A stretch of 64,000 nt of DNA. Origin: the human T2T-CHM13v2.0 reference genome, Homo sapiens. Below are positions 1 through 13,230 of the stretch, in pieces (the stretch's first letter is position 1; every line of letters starts with the position of its first letter). Below the pieces are notes generated by a model. That model worked only from the letters and a program-made list of their open reading frames with translations. It was not told the DNA's origin and did no database searches. Location of the stretch: the NCBI RefSeq assembly GCF_009914755.1, contig NC_060939.1; one strand, given 5' to 3'. The translations under genes and the position numbers were made by a program.

Positions 1-126
<126 letters not shown>

Positions 127-954
127 TTAGCAGATTTGCCATTATCTTTCAATTTGTAGAGAAGTGTGAGAACTGCTTTAAGAATTTGTGATCAGCAGAA
201 AATAGAAATTCTATTTAAACATGATAACCATCCTTCACATCAATTTCCAGATTTGTACTAATTTGAGAGATAACTGGTTAACTTGCATGTGAATTAGGAA
301 GTAAATCAGATTACTTTTTTTTTCAACTGCTTTATCATGACTTAAAGCGATGAGGAATTTGTAAAAAACAATGATTTTTCCAAATTGATCAGTTCATCCC
401 TTTGAATTGTTCTTTTCATCTGGATAATTTCTTGATCACTTATAAGCAACAGACACATGATCTGTCTCTCATTCTTTTTCTCTTACACATACACACTGAC
501 ATGTACTCACAACATACACAAATGAACACCCTCCATCAGGAAACAAGCTACTCTGATATTTCTAAATTCACTCCACTTGCAAGAACAAGTCACATTGTCA
601 CGAATATCCTAATGATTTGGTTAAGCCATTCCTATGGCCTGTAGCTTTAAGGGGTAGACTCTTTCATTGGCTTCCATGGAAACAATACAAAAATGCGGCC
701 CTCTCCATGTAAGCAAAGACACAACAGAGAGCAATCTGTGCATTTACTGATGTTGAATCTAATTTACGCTGTGGAGTTTGTTATTTAGGAGTGAAGGAAG
801 GTGGAAGGACTGAAATCTGCTGGTGTTCCCGTAACTGAGTGCCTACATTTGAAAGGTTTTATTCTTTTTTTCTTTTTCTTTGTGTTAACCACTAGACACC
901 CCCTCACACTGCTAGTGCATTTAATTATATGTCTGCTTAAAAGTTCCAGAGACT

Positions 955-1451
<497 letters not shown>

Positions 1452-1794
1452 TCAAGGCTGCAGTTGAGCCCAAGATGATGAGATGATGCAGGCCCATTTA
1501 CCAGATGTGGCAATAACTCAAGCCACTCGGACAAGTCACACAGATGTACACTGCCTCACCCCCTGCACGGAGGGTACTCCACGGCAAAACTTCCGCTTCT
1601 TAAACCCTTGCATTTCGCTTGGAAACTTGAAGTGGTTCCATTAAGACAAGAGCCTGGACCGTTTTCTCCACGGCTAGCTTTGGTTTACAGTACAGTCACT
1701 CTTCTACCATACCCCCACCTTGCTAACTGGTTTGGCAGGCAGCAAACGGTTGAACCTGCATTTGTAACATTTCCAACAATATTTCACCATTATT

Positions 1795-1902
1795 TTTTAA
1801 ATGTTAAAAAATTGATATACGTATTTTGGGGTACGTGTGATATTTTGATACTTGAATACAATATGTAATAATTAAAAGTAATTAGGATATCCATCACCTC
1901 AA
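1795..1902 (-). mobile_element. L1MA-type 3' end fragment
   Basis: tattttggggtacgtgtgatattttgatac...ggatatccatcacctcaa resembles the antisense L1MA 3' terminus. Confidence 0.7.
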
Positions 1903-2502
1903 TCACCATTAATTTGAAAGACCCAGGATACCTGGTGCATGCCTGAGGAATCTAGTGTCCCATATTAGTAGCTGCAGAATTTTTACTGGATGAGTTCTGT
2001 GTTGTAATTCTGGTTGTAGTTCTAGCTGTCTAATTCTGAGCCTGGATCCCAATCCTTCTCACTGATTATAGGAGCTAATCCCCATCCATTAAATGAATGT
2101 CTTTTGTTCTTAAACTAAAAACAAAAGAAAACAAGTCCAGAAGTAGTGGAGCGGTAGAAGGACTTAACATTTAAGTACTTGAGTCTAGACTCAGATCTGG
2201 GTTTAAATCCTGCCCGTGCCCTTGCTGATTTGTACAGTATGTATACTAACACCTCTAAGGGCAGGGTCTGGCCTTTAGGAAGTGATCGGTAAGACATGGA
2301 GGTTCTTATTACCGTTTAGACAGTCAAGCTTGGGAGGAGCCTTGGTAATTACATCCAGGTTCATAAGATACAATTACTTGGAACGGGATGCTTTGTCTTC
2401 CCCAGACAATTAAGCTAATTCAGTAAAAAGTATGCAGGGCCTCACAGGTGAGAAGGGGATTGTGATGAGCCTTGGAAACCAGAATCAACAAGAAGAGTTC
2501 AG

Positions 2503-2504
<2 letters not shown>

Positions 2505-2538
<34 letters not shown>

Positions 2539-2576
2539 AAGACGGAGTCTCGCTTTGTCACCCAGGCTGGAAAACA

Positions 2577-2622
<46 letters not shown>

Positions 2623-2825
2623 CAGAGTCTCGCTCTGTCACCTCTGCCTCCCAGTTCAAGCGATTCTTCTGCCTCAGCCTCCCGAGCATCTGGGATTACA
2701 GGCGCCCACCGCCACGGTCGGCTAATTTTTGTGTTTTCAGTAGAGACGGGGTTTCATCATGTTGGTCAGGCTGGTCTCCAACTCCCGACCTCAGGTGATC
2801 CACCTGCCTCGGCCTCCCAAAGTGT
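2505..2825 (-). mobile_element. Rearranged AluS with two (TG)n tracts (2505-2536, 2578-2618), duplicated 3' end and an internal deletion
   Basis: (TG)n-aagacggagtctcgctttgtcacccaggctgga, then (TG)n-aagacagagtctcgctctgtcacc|tctgcctccc...gcctcccaaagtg. Confidence 0.92.
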
Positions 2826-3314
2826 TTTAAAAGCTGGCATGCAAAATCTTATTTCCAGAGAGTACTGCCACCAGGATATAATCCTAATGACTACTTACCT
2901 GTTTCCTGCTTTTCATATCTTTGTTTTCAATTTCAGGCCATACCTCTTTTTAGGGTCTTTTCTACCCACCCATGTCTTTGTTTATAGACACATTACAAAC
3001 TATTCTCCATGGTGAGCATTCCTCTCCAATGGTATCTTCAGGAAACTGCACTTGTTATAAGAATTTAGGCCCCAGTGCTTCTCTAGTCTCTGACTATATT
3101 CAGTTGCCTTTGATAAATCTGGTTGAAAGTGCCCTAGGACCTGAGATGCATGGCTAATGGTAGCTCCTAGTTCAGTGGAACATAAAAAACTGACTCTTCA
3201 GGCTAACTTCTTAATATTCATGTCCTAAATGGGCGCTCCGGGGTGACTGATAGATGCTACCCAAGGGCAATTCACACATTTGGATCTTGTTTCAAAAGTA
3301 ATATCTAGGAGTGA

Positions 3315-3417
3315 TAGAGTTAGTTAATAAAATATAGGATACCCAGTTAAATATGAATTTTAGATTAAAAAAAACCAAAAAATTTTGTAATATAGGCATG
3401 TCCCATACAATATTTGG
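3315..3417. mobile_element. MER3/MER33-like hAT-Charlie DNA transposon fragment
   Basis: ataaaatataggatacccagttaaatatgaattttagat...atgtccca resembles the MER3/MER33 terminal arm. Confidence 0.7.
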
Positions 3418-4150
3418 AAACTTCATGGCCCAAAAGTGGAGCTGACAGAGCTTTGGGTTCAGTCTTTCCAGAGCTTTGTAGTTTGCCCATAATAGTCTAC
3501 AGAATTTGCTTGACCAGGATTTGCAGGATAATTACCCAAACAGAGCTTCCCTACACAGCAGTCTAGCATCTACACCAAAGTACCAGTTGTGTGATATACT
3601 GATATAATGAGAAATACACTGTATATTTCGTCTTCATCTGGGTCCTGGACAGAACTTCTAAAACCCTCGTAACTTCTTAAGTGATAAGAGCCATAGAAGT
3701 AGTAATAATATTTGGATATACTCAAATATATTCAAATATATATAGAAGTTGTAATATTTGTTTTTTGTCCTCAGCTTCTGAAACAGCTCAGAAACAATAT
3801 TGGTGAAAGGGGCATCTTTTGTTATTCAGAACAAGCCCCTTTCAACTACACTTGAACTTATGTTAATGAGGTGACTTTTAGAGGATGGGAGGCTGGTTGC
3901 CAAGGGAACCTTGTGATTAGGGTTGGCATTTTGCGTCCCAACAACTCACCTCCAGGAGGGTAGAGAGGCTAAAGGTTGAGCTAATCACCAATGTAATGAA
4001 ATCTGCATAAAAACCCTACCCAAAGAAGTTCTGTCTCCACAGGGACAGACGCTCTTGTGCTCTGGACCCTTCCAGACCTCACCCTATGTATCTCTTGATC
4101 TGGCTATTCATTTGTATCCTTTAAAAATATCCTTTGTAATAAATTGGTAA

Positions 4151-4779
4151 TGTCAGAGACGTTTGAACCACAGCGACTTCATCTTGAATAGGGGATGGGT
4201 AAAATAAGGCTGAGACCTGCTGGGCTGCATTCCTAGTAGATTAGGCATTCTTAGTCACAGGATAAAAAAGAAGGTTACCACAAGATACAGGTCACAAAGA
4301 CCCTGCTGATACAGGATGTCATAAAGAAGCCAGCCAAAACCCACCAAAACCAAGATGGCTACAAAAGTGACCTCTGGTCATCCTCACGGCTCATTACATG
4401 CTAATTATAATGCATCAGCATGCTAAAAGACACTCCCAACAGTGCCATGACAGTTTGCAAATGCCATGGTCATGTTGGGAAGTTTGCTTATATGGTCTAA
4501 AAAGGGGAGGGACCCTCAATTCCAGGAAATCCCTGCCCCTTTCCTGGAAAACTCATGAATAATTCACCCCTTATTTAGCATACAATTAAGAAATAACTAC
4601 AGGTATATTCAGTCAAGCAGCCCACACCACTGTGCTCTGCCTATGGAGTAGCTATTCTTTTATTCCTTTACTTTCTTAGTAAACCTGCTTTTACTTTATG
4701 GACTTGCCCCAAATTCTCTCTTGTGTAAGGTCCAAGAACCCTCTCTTGGGGTCTGGATCAAGACCCCTATCTGGTAACA
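4151..4779 (+). mobile_element. MER41B solo LTR (ERV1), full length, 629 bp
   Basis: Starts tgtcagagacgtttgaacc and ends ctggtaaca (TG...CA). 4-bp target-site duplication gtaa at 4147-4150 and 4780-4783. Contains the B-subfamily segment with tandem GAS motifs. Confidence 0.92.
4520..4549. promoter_or_regulatory. Tandem GAS (STAT1) motifs within MER41B
   Basis: TTCCAGGAA at 4520-4528 and TTCCTGGAA at 4541-4549, both fit TTCNNNGAA. Activity not shown. Confidence 0.7.
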
Positions 4780-5579
4780 GTAATAGTCAGTAAATTGTTT
4801 CCTTGGGTTGTACAAGTTATCCTAGCAAATTACTGAACCCGAAGAGGGGGTCATAGGAACCTATTTGTATCCAAGTTGGACAGAAGTTATGGGTAACCTG
4901 GGAACCCACTACTTGTGACTGGCATCTGAGGTGTGGCAGTTTTGTGGGACCGAATCCTTAACTTGTGGGATGTGGCTACAGTTCCAAGTAGATCGTGTCA
5001 ATTGAATTGTGGGACATCTAGTTGGTGTCTACAGGCAATTGGGGAATTGCTTGTTATGAAAAACACGTACACTTGGGTCTCAGAATGTCAGAAGTGTTGT
5101 GAAGGTAAAGGAGGTTTTGTTTGTTTGTTTGTTTTCATTTAGTTTGTTAAATAGATGCCCCCAGAGTCTTCCTAGTGCTTGTCCTACACCAACCCCACCT
5201 CCTGCCATTCCCCAAGGAACCCCTGAGTCTTCTCATAGTTTAGTAACTAAAAGATGAATGCCCAGCTAAATGAGGGGACTTAGTAACAGCTGTAGCCTTA
5301 ACACCAGTGTCCATCCTGACTCACGGATGCCAACTCCCACCAATTATTTCAAGTATGAGATGTTTTACCTTTCATCACGTACTAATGAGAGTCAGTGTAG
5401 CCACAGAAAAAGGCTTAAGAAAGTTAACATCCTGATTGTGACGCTGCAAGTCAGGTTTAAAACTGGAAGCACGGCAGTGCTGGTCCAATGTCTCAGGCTG
5501 ATCAATATATTGCTTAGAGTCCAAAGCCCACCAGAGGAAAGGGGTTTTTGTGAGCTGCTAGTCATTAACAGCAGGCTAT

Positions 5580-5729
5580 TTTTTTCTTCTTTTTTTACTT
5601 TTTGATTTCTGTAAGCTATTGGGAAACAGGTGCTGTTTGGTTACATGAGTTAAGTTCTTTAGTGGTGATTTATGAGATTTGCACCCATCACCCAAGCAGT
5701 ATACACTGCCCCAATTTGTAGTCTTTTAT
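5580..5729 (-). mobile_element. L1PB-type 3' end fragment
   Basis: gggaaacaggtgctgtttggttacatgagttaagttctttagtggtgattt...tgtagtctttta. Confidence 0.8.
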
Positions 5730-6455
5730 AGGATACACATTTGTTCTAAATAAGTAGAATCCTTTCAGATAGAAACCTTACCTAGAATATCAATATTTAA
5801 ACATATAGGAGTCAAATCACACTGTCCAAAGAGGGGAGAAGGGCTTGAGGTGAGGAAGGAAACACAGGGCCCAAACTATAAAAACTGTTGATTCAGAAAA
5901 TAATCTAAAAAAACTATTTTAGTTTTATAATTCTGATTAATGAAAAACTAAGCAACATACTAATATATACTGTTTAATTACACAGTATTTATATATACAA
6001 ATATATATATCACATGTATTTATACATATATTAAAATTATACATATATACATATGCATAATTTATATATCATATATGTAATATATAAATATATAAAGCCC
6101 ATAAAAGGCTAGTTCAGGAAATAGACATTTTTCATCTAGTGATAAATATCAAAAAACCTAAAAATACTTATAGAAAAGAATCCACCTCCTAGAATTTTAT
6201 CATAAGGAAATAGTCCTAAATAATGGGGGGAAAGGGTATAGGAAAAATTGTATTTGTAGTCACGCTATTTTATTTCTAAATAGTGGTCCTATTCCAAAAC
6301 TGGAAACAACTTCAATATCCAATAACAGAGAAATAATTAAATAAATTTTGGCATATCATTTCATGGAATATTCATCACTTAAAACACATCTGTAACGAGC
6401 TTGCAACAGCCTGGATAAGCAGTTTAAGAGTAATTGTTTGAAAGAGAGAGGAGGA

Positions 6456-6758
<303 letters not shown>

Positions 6759-7690
6759 GCAAAAACAAGACGAGGTTATAAAATCTGGCATGCTTTTATG
6801 TTTAAAAAAAAATCTCTCATTGAAAAACAAACCATACTTAGTGAAAAAATACAAAAAAAAATTTATCAAATTGTAACAGTCGTCTCAGCTGCTAAGATTA
6901 TGAGGTTTTTTTTTCACTGTAACTATGTATTTCAAATTTTCTATAAGGATTGTGTAGGATTTTTATAATTGTAAAAAATTAAGTAATCATTTAATTTACA
7001 GAGGAAAAGGAAAACCAGAAATACACAGTTTAGCCAATTTTAAAAAACACATAAACACAGTATTTTTTAAAAACACAGAAGAAAAAGTAGCTTTTCAAAA
7101 TCTACTTCAGCACTTTTACACTGTAGGCCTGCTGTTTGCGGCAAATGCAACTTAAAGTAATTGACCAACAGATGTCACTGTTACACTTCCTACTTTAAGC
7201 ATCTCTAAAGACGCACAACTTTATATATGGGAACAAAACCAAAAACTTTACTAATTCTCATGTCATCTCCTGCAGGACTGCAGCTTTCTCATCTTTCAGC
7301 TTCATTTCTAAACCTCCTTTTGTAATATCTGGAATGTTGAATGCTGTTCTAAAATGACATACAGTGACCATGGTTTTATGGTTATGAAAAATACAGGGTT
7401 CTCCTGCTCTTTGATTGCCACCCATGTGAACATCACAGACTTAACCCACACTCGTCAAAAACATGGTTCCAGGTCTGAAAGTAATGAGCCGGAGAACACA
7501 AGGTTGTCAACAGGCATTAAAGTTAATGGCTAAAAAAAGAAAAAGTGCTCCTTAGATTTCTGGTGCTCACCTCATCTGTGACAGGAAACTGGATGGGTAA
7601 AGAGGGATTGCAGAGAATCACAATAATCTGGTCAATCCTACCAGGCCATCTAAATGTGGAAGTAGGTGAACCCCAGCCCAGTGCTTTCTA

Positions 7691-8729
<1,039 letters not shown>

Positions 8730-9290
8730 CTGCAGAGGTTATTAAAAGTGAACAAAAACTTTAAAAAAGAGAAGGGAGGTGGTTATGTTTTTTAAATGCA
8801 TTATCCTATATTCTGCAGATTTTCTGCCAACCTAGTCACCTGTTATTTGAGCAGCTGGAGAGAAAGGTTCATGAATATGGAAGGAAGGCAGGGTATTCGG
8901 ATTTCACTTGAGAATCCAGAGCATATCAGTTGGCTTTACATATGTTATTGACAAATTTTTAGTAAAAGGATATTAAGAAGTGACTAGCAACCAGTGGGTA
9001 CTCCCACAATGAGAGATCTAGGCTGCAAAGCTAATGAACAGAGCGCTCTGAGAACACTCAGGTTAAATGACAAACACAGTCACTTCCAGACAAGTTGCTA
9101 GTTACTTTCTAGTGTACAAATTTCAGATCACCAAGATGCATCTTCATTTTCTGCAGCCCACTGATTTTTTTTAAACAATGATCCATACATTAAATGCAGC
9201 TTTATATACACAATTTACATTAAATACATATTAAATGAGCCTCTGTTGACCACAAAGAACCACAGCACAATCACCCAGATTTCTACTTAC

Positions 9291-9466
9291 TTGGAGATCC
9301 AAGTACAATTCGCTCCTGTTTGACTTCTCCCTTTCCTCATGAAGCAAAAATGGACAGGCTGGTCCCGCTCTGTAGCCCAGAACCCACGCGCCTCCATCTC
9401 TGTTGGGAAGGTCTTTAGGTGTCTGCTCATTGAAGCCGTCCCAGGGAAAGCCCTCAGAGGAGATAC
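9291..9466 (-). CDS. FMN1: Formin-1 internal coding exon (176 nt, phase 1 in / phase 0 out), N-terminal region of the long isoform upstream of the coiled-coil/FH1/FH2 domains
   Basis: Minus strand reads tgtgtttgtttag|GT ATC TCC TCT GAG ... TTG GAT CTC CAA|gtaagt. Open frame of 2+174 nt. The peptide matches the recalled FMN1 segment that precedes [23 protein letters not shown]. Confidence 0.93.
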
Positions 9467-10074
9467 CTAAACAAACACAGAGAAGGCCATCAGTGACATG
9501 GCAGCCAAATAAATAAATAAATAAAGCCATATTTGGGGAACTCCTACATAGACTTCTCTATGCTAGCTCTTACTTTACTTTCTAAGTTATATTTTTAAGA
9601 GACTGCTTTCCTTTAAAAGTATTTCTCCCGACAATTTCTAGATCACACCAACAAAAATTTACAACATACGCCCTCATCCCCCAAGTCTATTGGCTGTACT
9701 CTATGCCCCATATTCTTGCTTACAGGTTGCATGGGTCATTCTATCTCAGCATGAAATCAGAGGAGCTAGGGGACAGAAGTCAGGAGGTCTGGCCTGCTGG
9801 CTTTCCTACAGTTCCTAAACAGCGTCATCTGAGCCAAGTCACTAATGTGTGTGTTCTCCAGGGCAGGAACTGTGCCTTGTTCATCTTCATTTCTGGGAAC
9901 AGAATCATTATGCATGGTGCATACCGGACTTGGACAGTTTGTTGAACGAGTGAGTAGTGCATGAGAAACCCATTTTGGATTCGCTTTTGTCATCTCTAGA
10001 ATCAAAGGTATTAGTCTAGCTTATTCTAACCTAAACTATAGGCAAGTTTAGGTTTGCCATAGGATGATAATCAT

Positions 10075-10290
10075 TAACTATGTGCCAGACACTGTTTTTA
10101 GTTCTGTTCAATTTTTATGACAACATATAGTTAGGTATCATTAGTGTTCTCATTTTAAATGGGGAAACTGAAGTACAAAGAAGTTAAGCAATTTGCTCAA
10201 AATCATAAAATCAGTAAATGGTTAAGCTAGGACTTGAACCCAGGCAGTTAAACAATAGAGGGCCGTGCTTTTAATGACCACACTATGGCC
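10075..10290 (-). mobile_element. MIR
   Basis: cattttaaatggggaaactgaagtacaaagaagttaagcaatttgctcaa...gaacccaggcag. Confidence 0.85.
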
Positions 10291-10344
10291 TCTGCCTGAC
10301 ATTCTATTCTTAAGATGGCAATATGTGTTCTATAACAAAAGGAT

Positions 10345-10500
10345 TTTACGGTCAAGTAAGTGTGAGAAAAGCTACATACTGTATCTCTTAAAGAATCATG
10401 ATTCATGTTAGCATATTAAAGACCTTGGGATGCCCTTTAGTACAGAAAACCTAATTCTATATAATAGGGTTTTCCAAACTTATTTGACCACAGAATCCAT
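10345..10500. mobile_element. MER103C-like hAT DNA transposon remnant
   Basis: ggtcaagtaag...ttagcatattaaag...ttccaaacttatttgaccacag, with inverted internal arms. Confidence 0.65.
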
Positions 10501-12834
10501 TTAAAGGGACATCTGCTAAACATGTCGCAAGCCACTTAATGTTGTACTGGACACTTCTAATGTTTCATACAGCAGTCAAGTTCCTAGTCCTCTTTTAATT
10601 CCTGGTAAGCAACCTTGGCAAAATTTTAAGCCACTAGGCAGAAGTTAAAGGTTTAGGCTCAGTGTATTTTGCAATAGAGATCACTGTTGAATATACGACA
10701 GAGTGTTTATTACACATAATCCCTGTAAGAGTCTATTTGGCAGTCACCCAAAGCCAACCAATGGCTTCTACCATGCTGAAACCTGACTTACACGAAACTA
10801 GAGCTGAGAGTAAAAGTCAGCTCAGAAAGGAACTGCGAGATAGCATGCTTATATTAGAGTAGCATTTTAGAAGGAAGAAAATTTGAAAACAGCTAAGGTT
10901 TGGCTGTTGTTTGCCTGTTTGGTTTATTAGTTTTCAATCACACTTCAAAATGATGCAGGTCACAGTGTGTCTATAGTTGCCCTCTAGCAGGCTGTCCACA
11001 AAACACCTTTCTGCAACCACTGAGAAAAATGAGAGTCCAGGGCTTCCCCAGTCTATGTTCCCCCTGCAGACACAGTTGTCTAGAAGAGTATACCCAGGCT
11101 CTTCCTTCATCTCGGTCAGATCCCTTAGAACAAAGTGCCTTTCCACTCAATCCCCTTGCTACCCACTGTCTACAGACAGTCTTCTGGCCTTTCATTTAGG
11201 GTCTCACATGCTTTAGAGTGACCCACTTCTAGTCTCAAGACATAGGAATGAACTAATGCCTAAAGGAACCTCAGGGAGAAGGCACTCTGCTTAGCACCTT
11301 TGCTTTATGCTCATGTTGACTCTGAGGAAGATAGTACTGCTTATATTTTAACAGATGAAGAAATTAAAGCTCAGACCTCCTTTGACTTCTATTTATATGG
11401 CTCATCCTCCTCCTGGACTATTTCTATTCACCTTTGGCATAAATTTTTTAAAATTTACAGTATACTCTCACTGTACTACCTCATCTTCCAAGATGTATTG
11501 GTTACTAATCACATCCCTCATTTTAAATCCCTCCACCTTTCATTTTTCTTTTGAAGTAGCTGCTGGCTTTGGGTAAAGTTTGCACAGAATAATAAAACAA
11601 TATAAAACATAACATATATAATATGTATCACAAAACACAATGTACAACACCTGAGGTAAGACATTTGTATCATCAGAGGCACATTGTCTGGTGAGTGTAA
11701 GTTCATCATTTAGGTACAAGAGAGTGAAACATTCCCATAACAACAAGGATTTGGGGTCCTTGAAACACACATGCATGCATATTTATGCAAACACACATGC
11801 AAACCCCTCACACACCTGCAGTGGCTATCCAATACTGCATTAATGAGGTGAGGTGTGCAATCCAATTCACTCTCTACGCAGAGCAAAAACAATGTCAAGG
11901 TGAAAGTTATCTTCTTTCTGGAAATGGTTTTAGTTTTAAAGAGTTAATTTCTGATACCTAAGGTTTAACCAGACAATATCCCTATGAAGGAAACATGCAA
12001 GGTAAAACCATGATGCATAATAATTTTGGCAAGAATCATTTGGACAGAAAAGGACCATAAGTAACATAAAACTGAAATAAGTAACATAAAACCATTATTC
12101 TCAAAAGTCTGACAAAGTAGGTTAGGACAAATGACAAAGTCAACATTCTGACGACCACAATGTATTTATAAAATAATTTGGGAATGGAGAGTTTTAGTAA
12201 TACAAACAACTTTTTTTCAGTCAAAAATAAAGCACGTCTGTATTTATTAAAATGGGTAATACCCAAGCTAGTCTCTCCAGCTGAATAAATTTAATAAAAA
12301 GAGAAAAAAATCATCTGAAATTAGATAAATATATTCTGTCAAAACAGTCAACTGTCATTTAATTTTCCGACACAAATAGATTTGGGGGTGTTAGATCTTT
12401 AGAGAATATTTTGTGAAAAACTGAATCAGTCTTATCAGTTTAAACATGTCTTTCCTTTTCATGTGCATACTACAAACCTGTTTTGTACTCAGTATTAGTT
12501 ATTTTGTTCCTCAAAGACATTTCAACAGTTTGATCGATCACACATACACACACAGGTTATCTGTACAGCTGACCACGGTTAATACAACGTACAGCACAGT
12601 CACAGTAAAGGTAGGGTGACTTACCTTGGAACCACTTTGAAAGTCTGTGCTTTTCAAAGCCATTCACATGATGAGCTGCACTTCCTGATGCTAACCTACA
12701 ACATCAGACTGAGGTTTTGCTGTCAATTATCAAAACAACAGAAGCAGACAGAATGCAAAGGTAATAATATGCCATTTAAAACAGGAGGCAGTGTCCACAG
12801 CTCATCTTTCCAAAATAGAATCAGTCTGTCTAGC

Positions 12835-13230
12835 AGGGGTACATTGGATTATTGTTCCCACTGTTTCACTCCCTCCCTGCAATATGATCACGCACCCACG
12901 GCCTTTTCTGGTCTATTTCCCCTGCCACGTGACTTCCTTTGGCCATCTGAATGTAAACAATGTGACAGTGTGCCAATTAAGGCTGTAAGACGCACGGTGT
13001 GTTTTCATGCCCCGCCCTGTGCTTCTGCCCTCACCATGAGACGAACATGGTCCTCGGGAGCTTCGAATGAGACGTGGAACATCTGTCCCAGGCACAGTCC
13101 TGCAAGCCTGGAGCCAAGCTCAGTCAAACCCAGGCCCAATCGAGTGAACCTTAGCCAACTCCCAGGCCAGTACGTAAAAACAATACATATTTATTATAAG
13201 CCACTAAGATTTGAGGCCTATTTGTTGAAA
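12835..13230 (+). mobile_element. MLT1-family (MaLR) solo LTR, MLT1H-like
   Basis: ccacgtgacttcctttggcca, cttctgccctcaccatgaga, 3' end tataagccactaagatttgagg. Confidence 0.7.

Larger units (their letters stand above)
3588..5130 (+). mobile_element. MER21-family solo LTR (ERVL), interrupted by MER41B
   Basis: Typical MER21 segments (aacaagcccctttcaactacac, gttaatgaggtgact, ctggacccttccagacctcaccctatg, ctagcaaattactgaaccc) on both sides of 4151-4779. Confidence 0.8.

Noticed and set aside
10028-10054. 10-bp inverted repeat (also 9-bp at 26820-26843 and 7-bp near 63799-63814)
   Set aside because: Short AT-rich palindromes are expected by chance in 64 kb.
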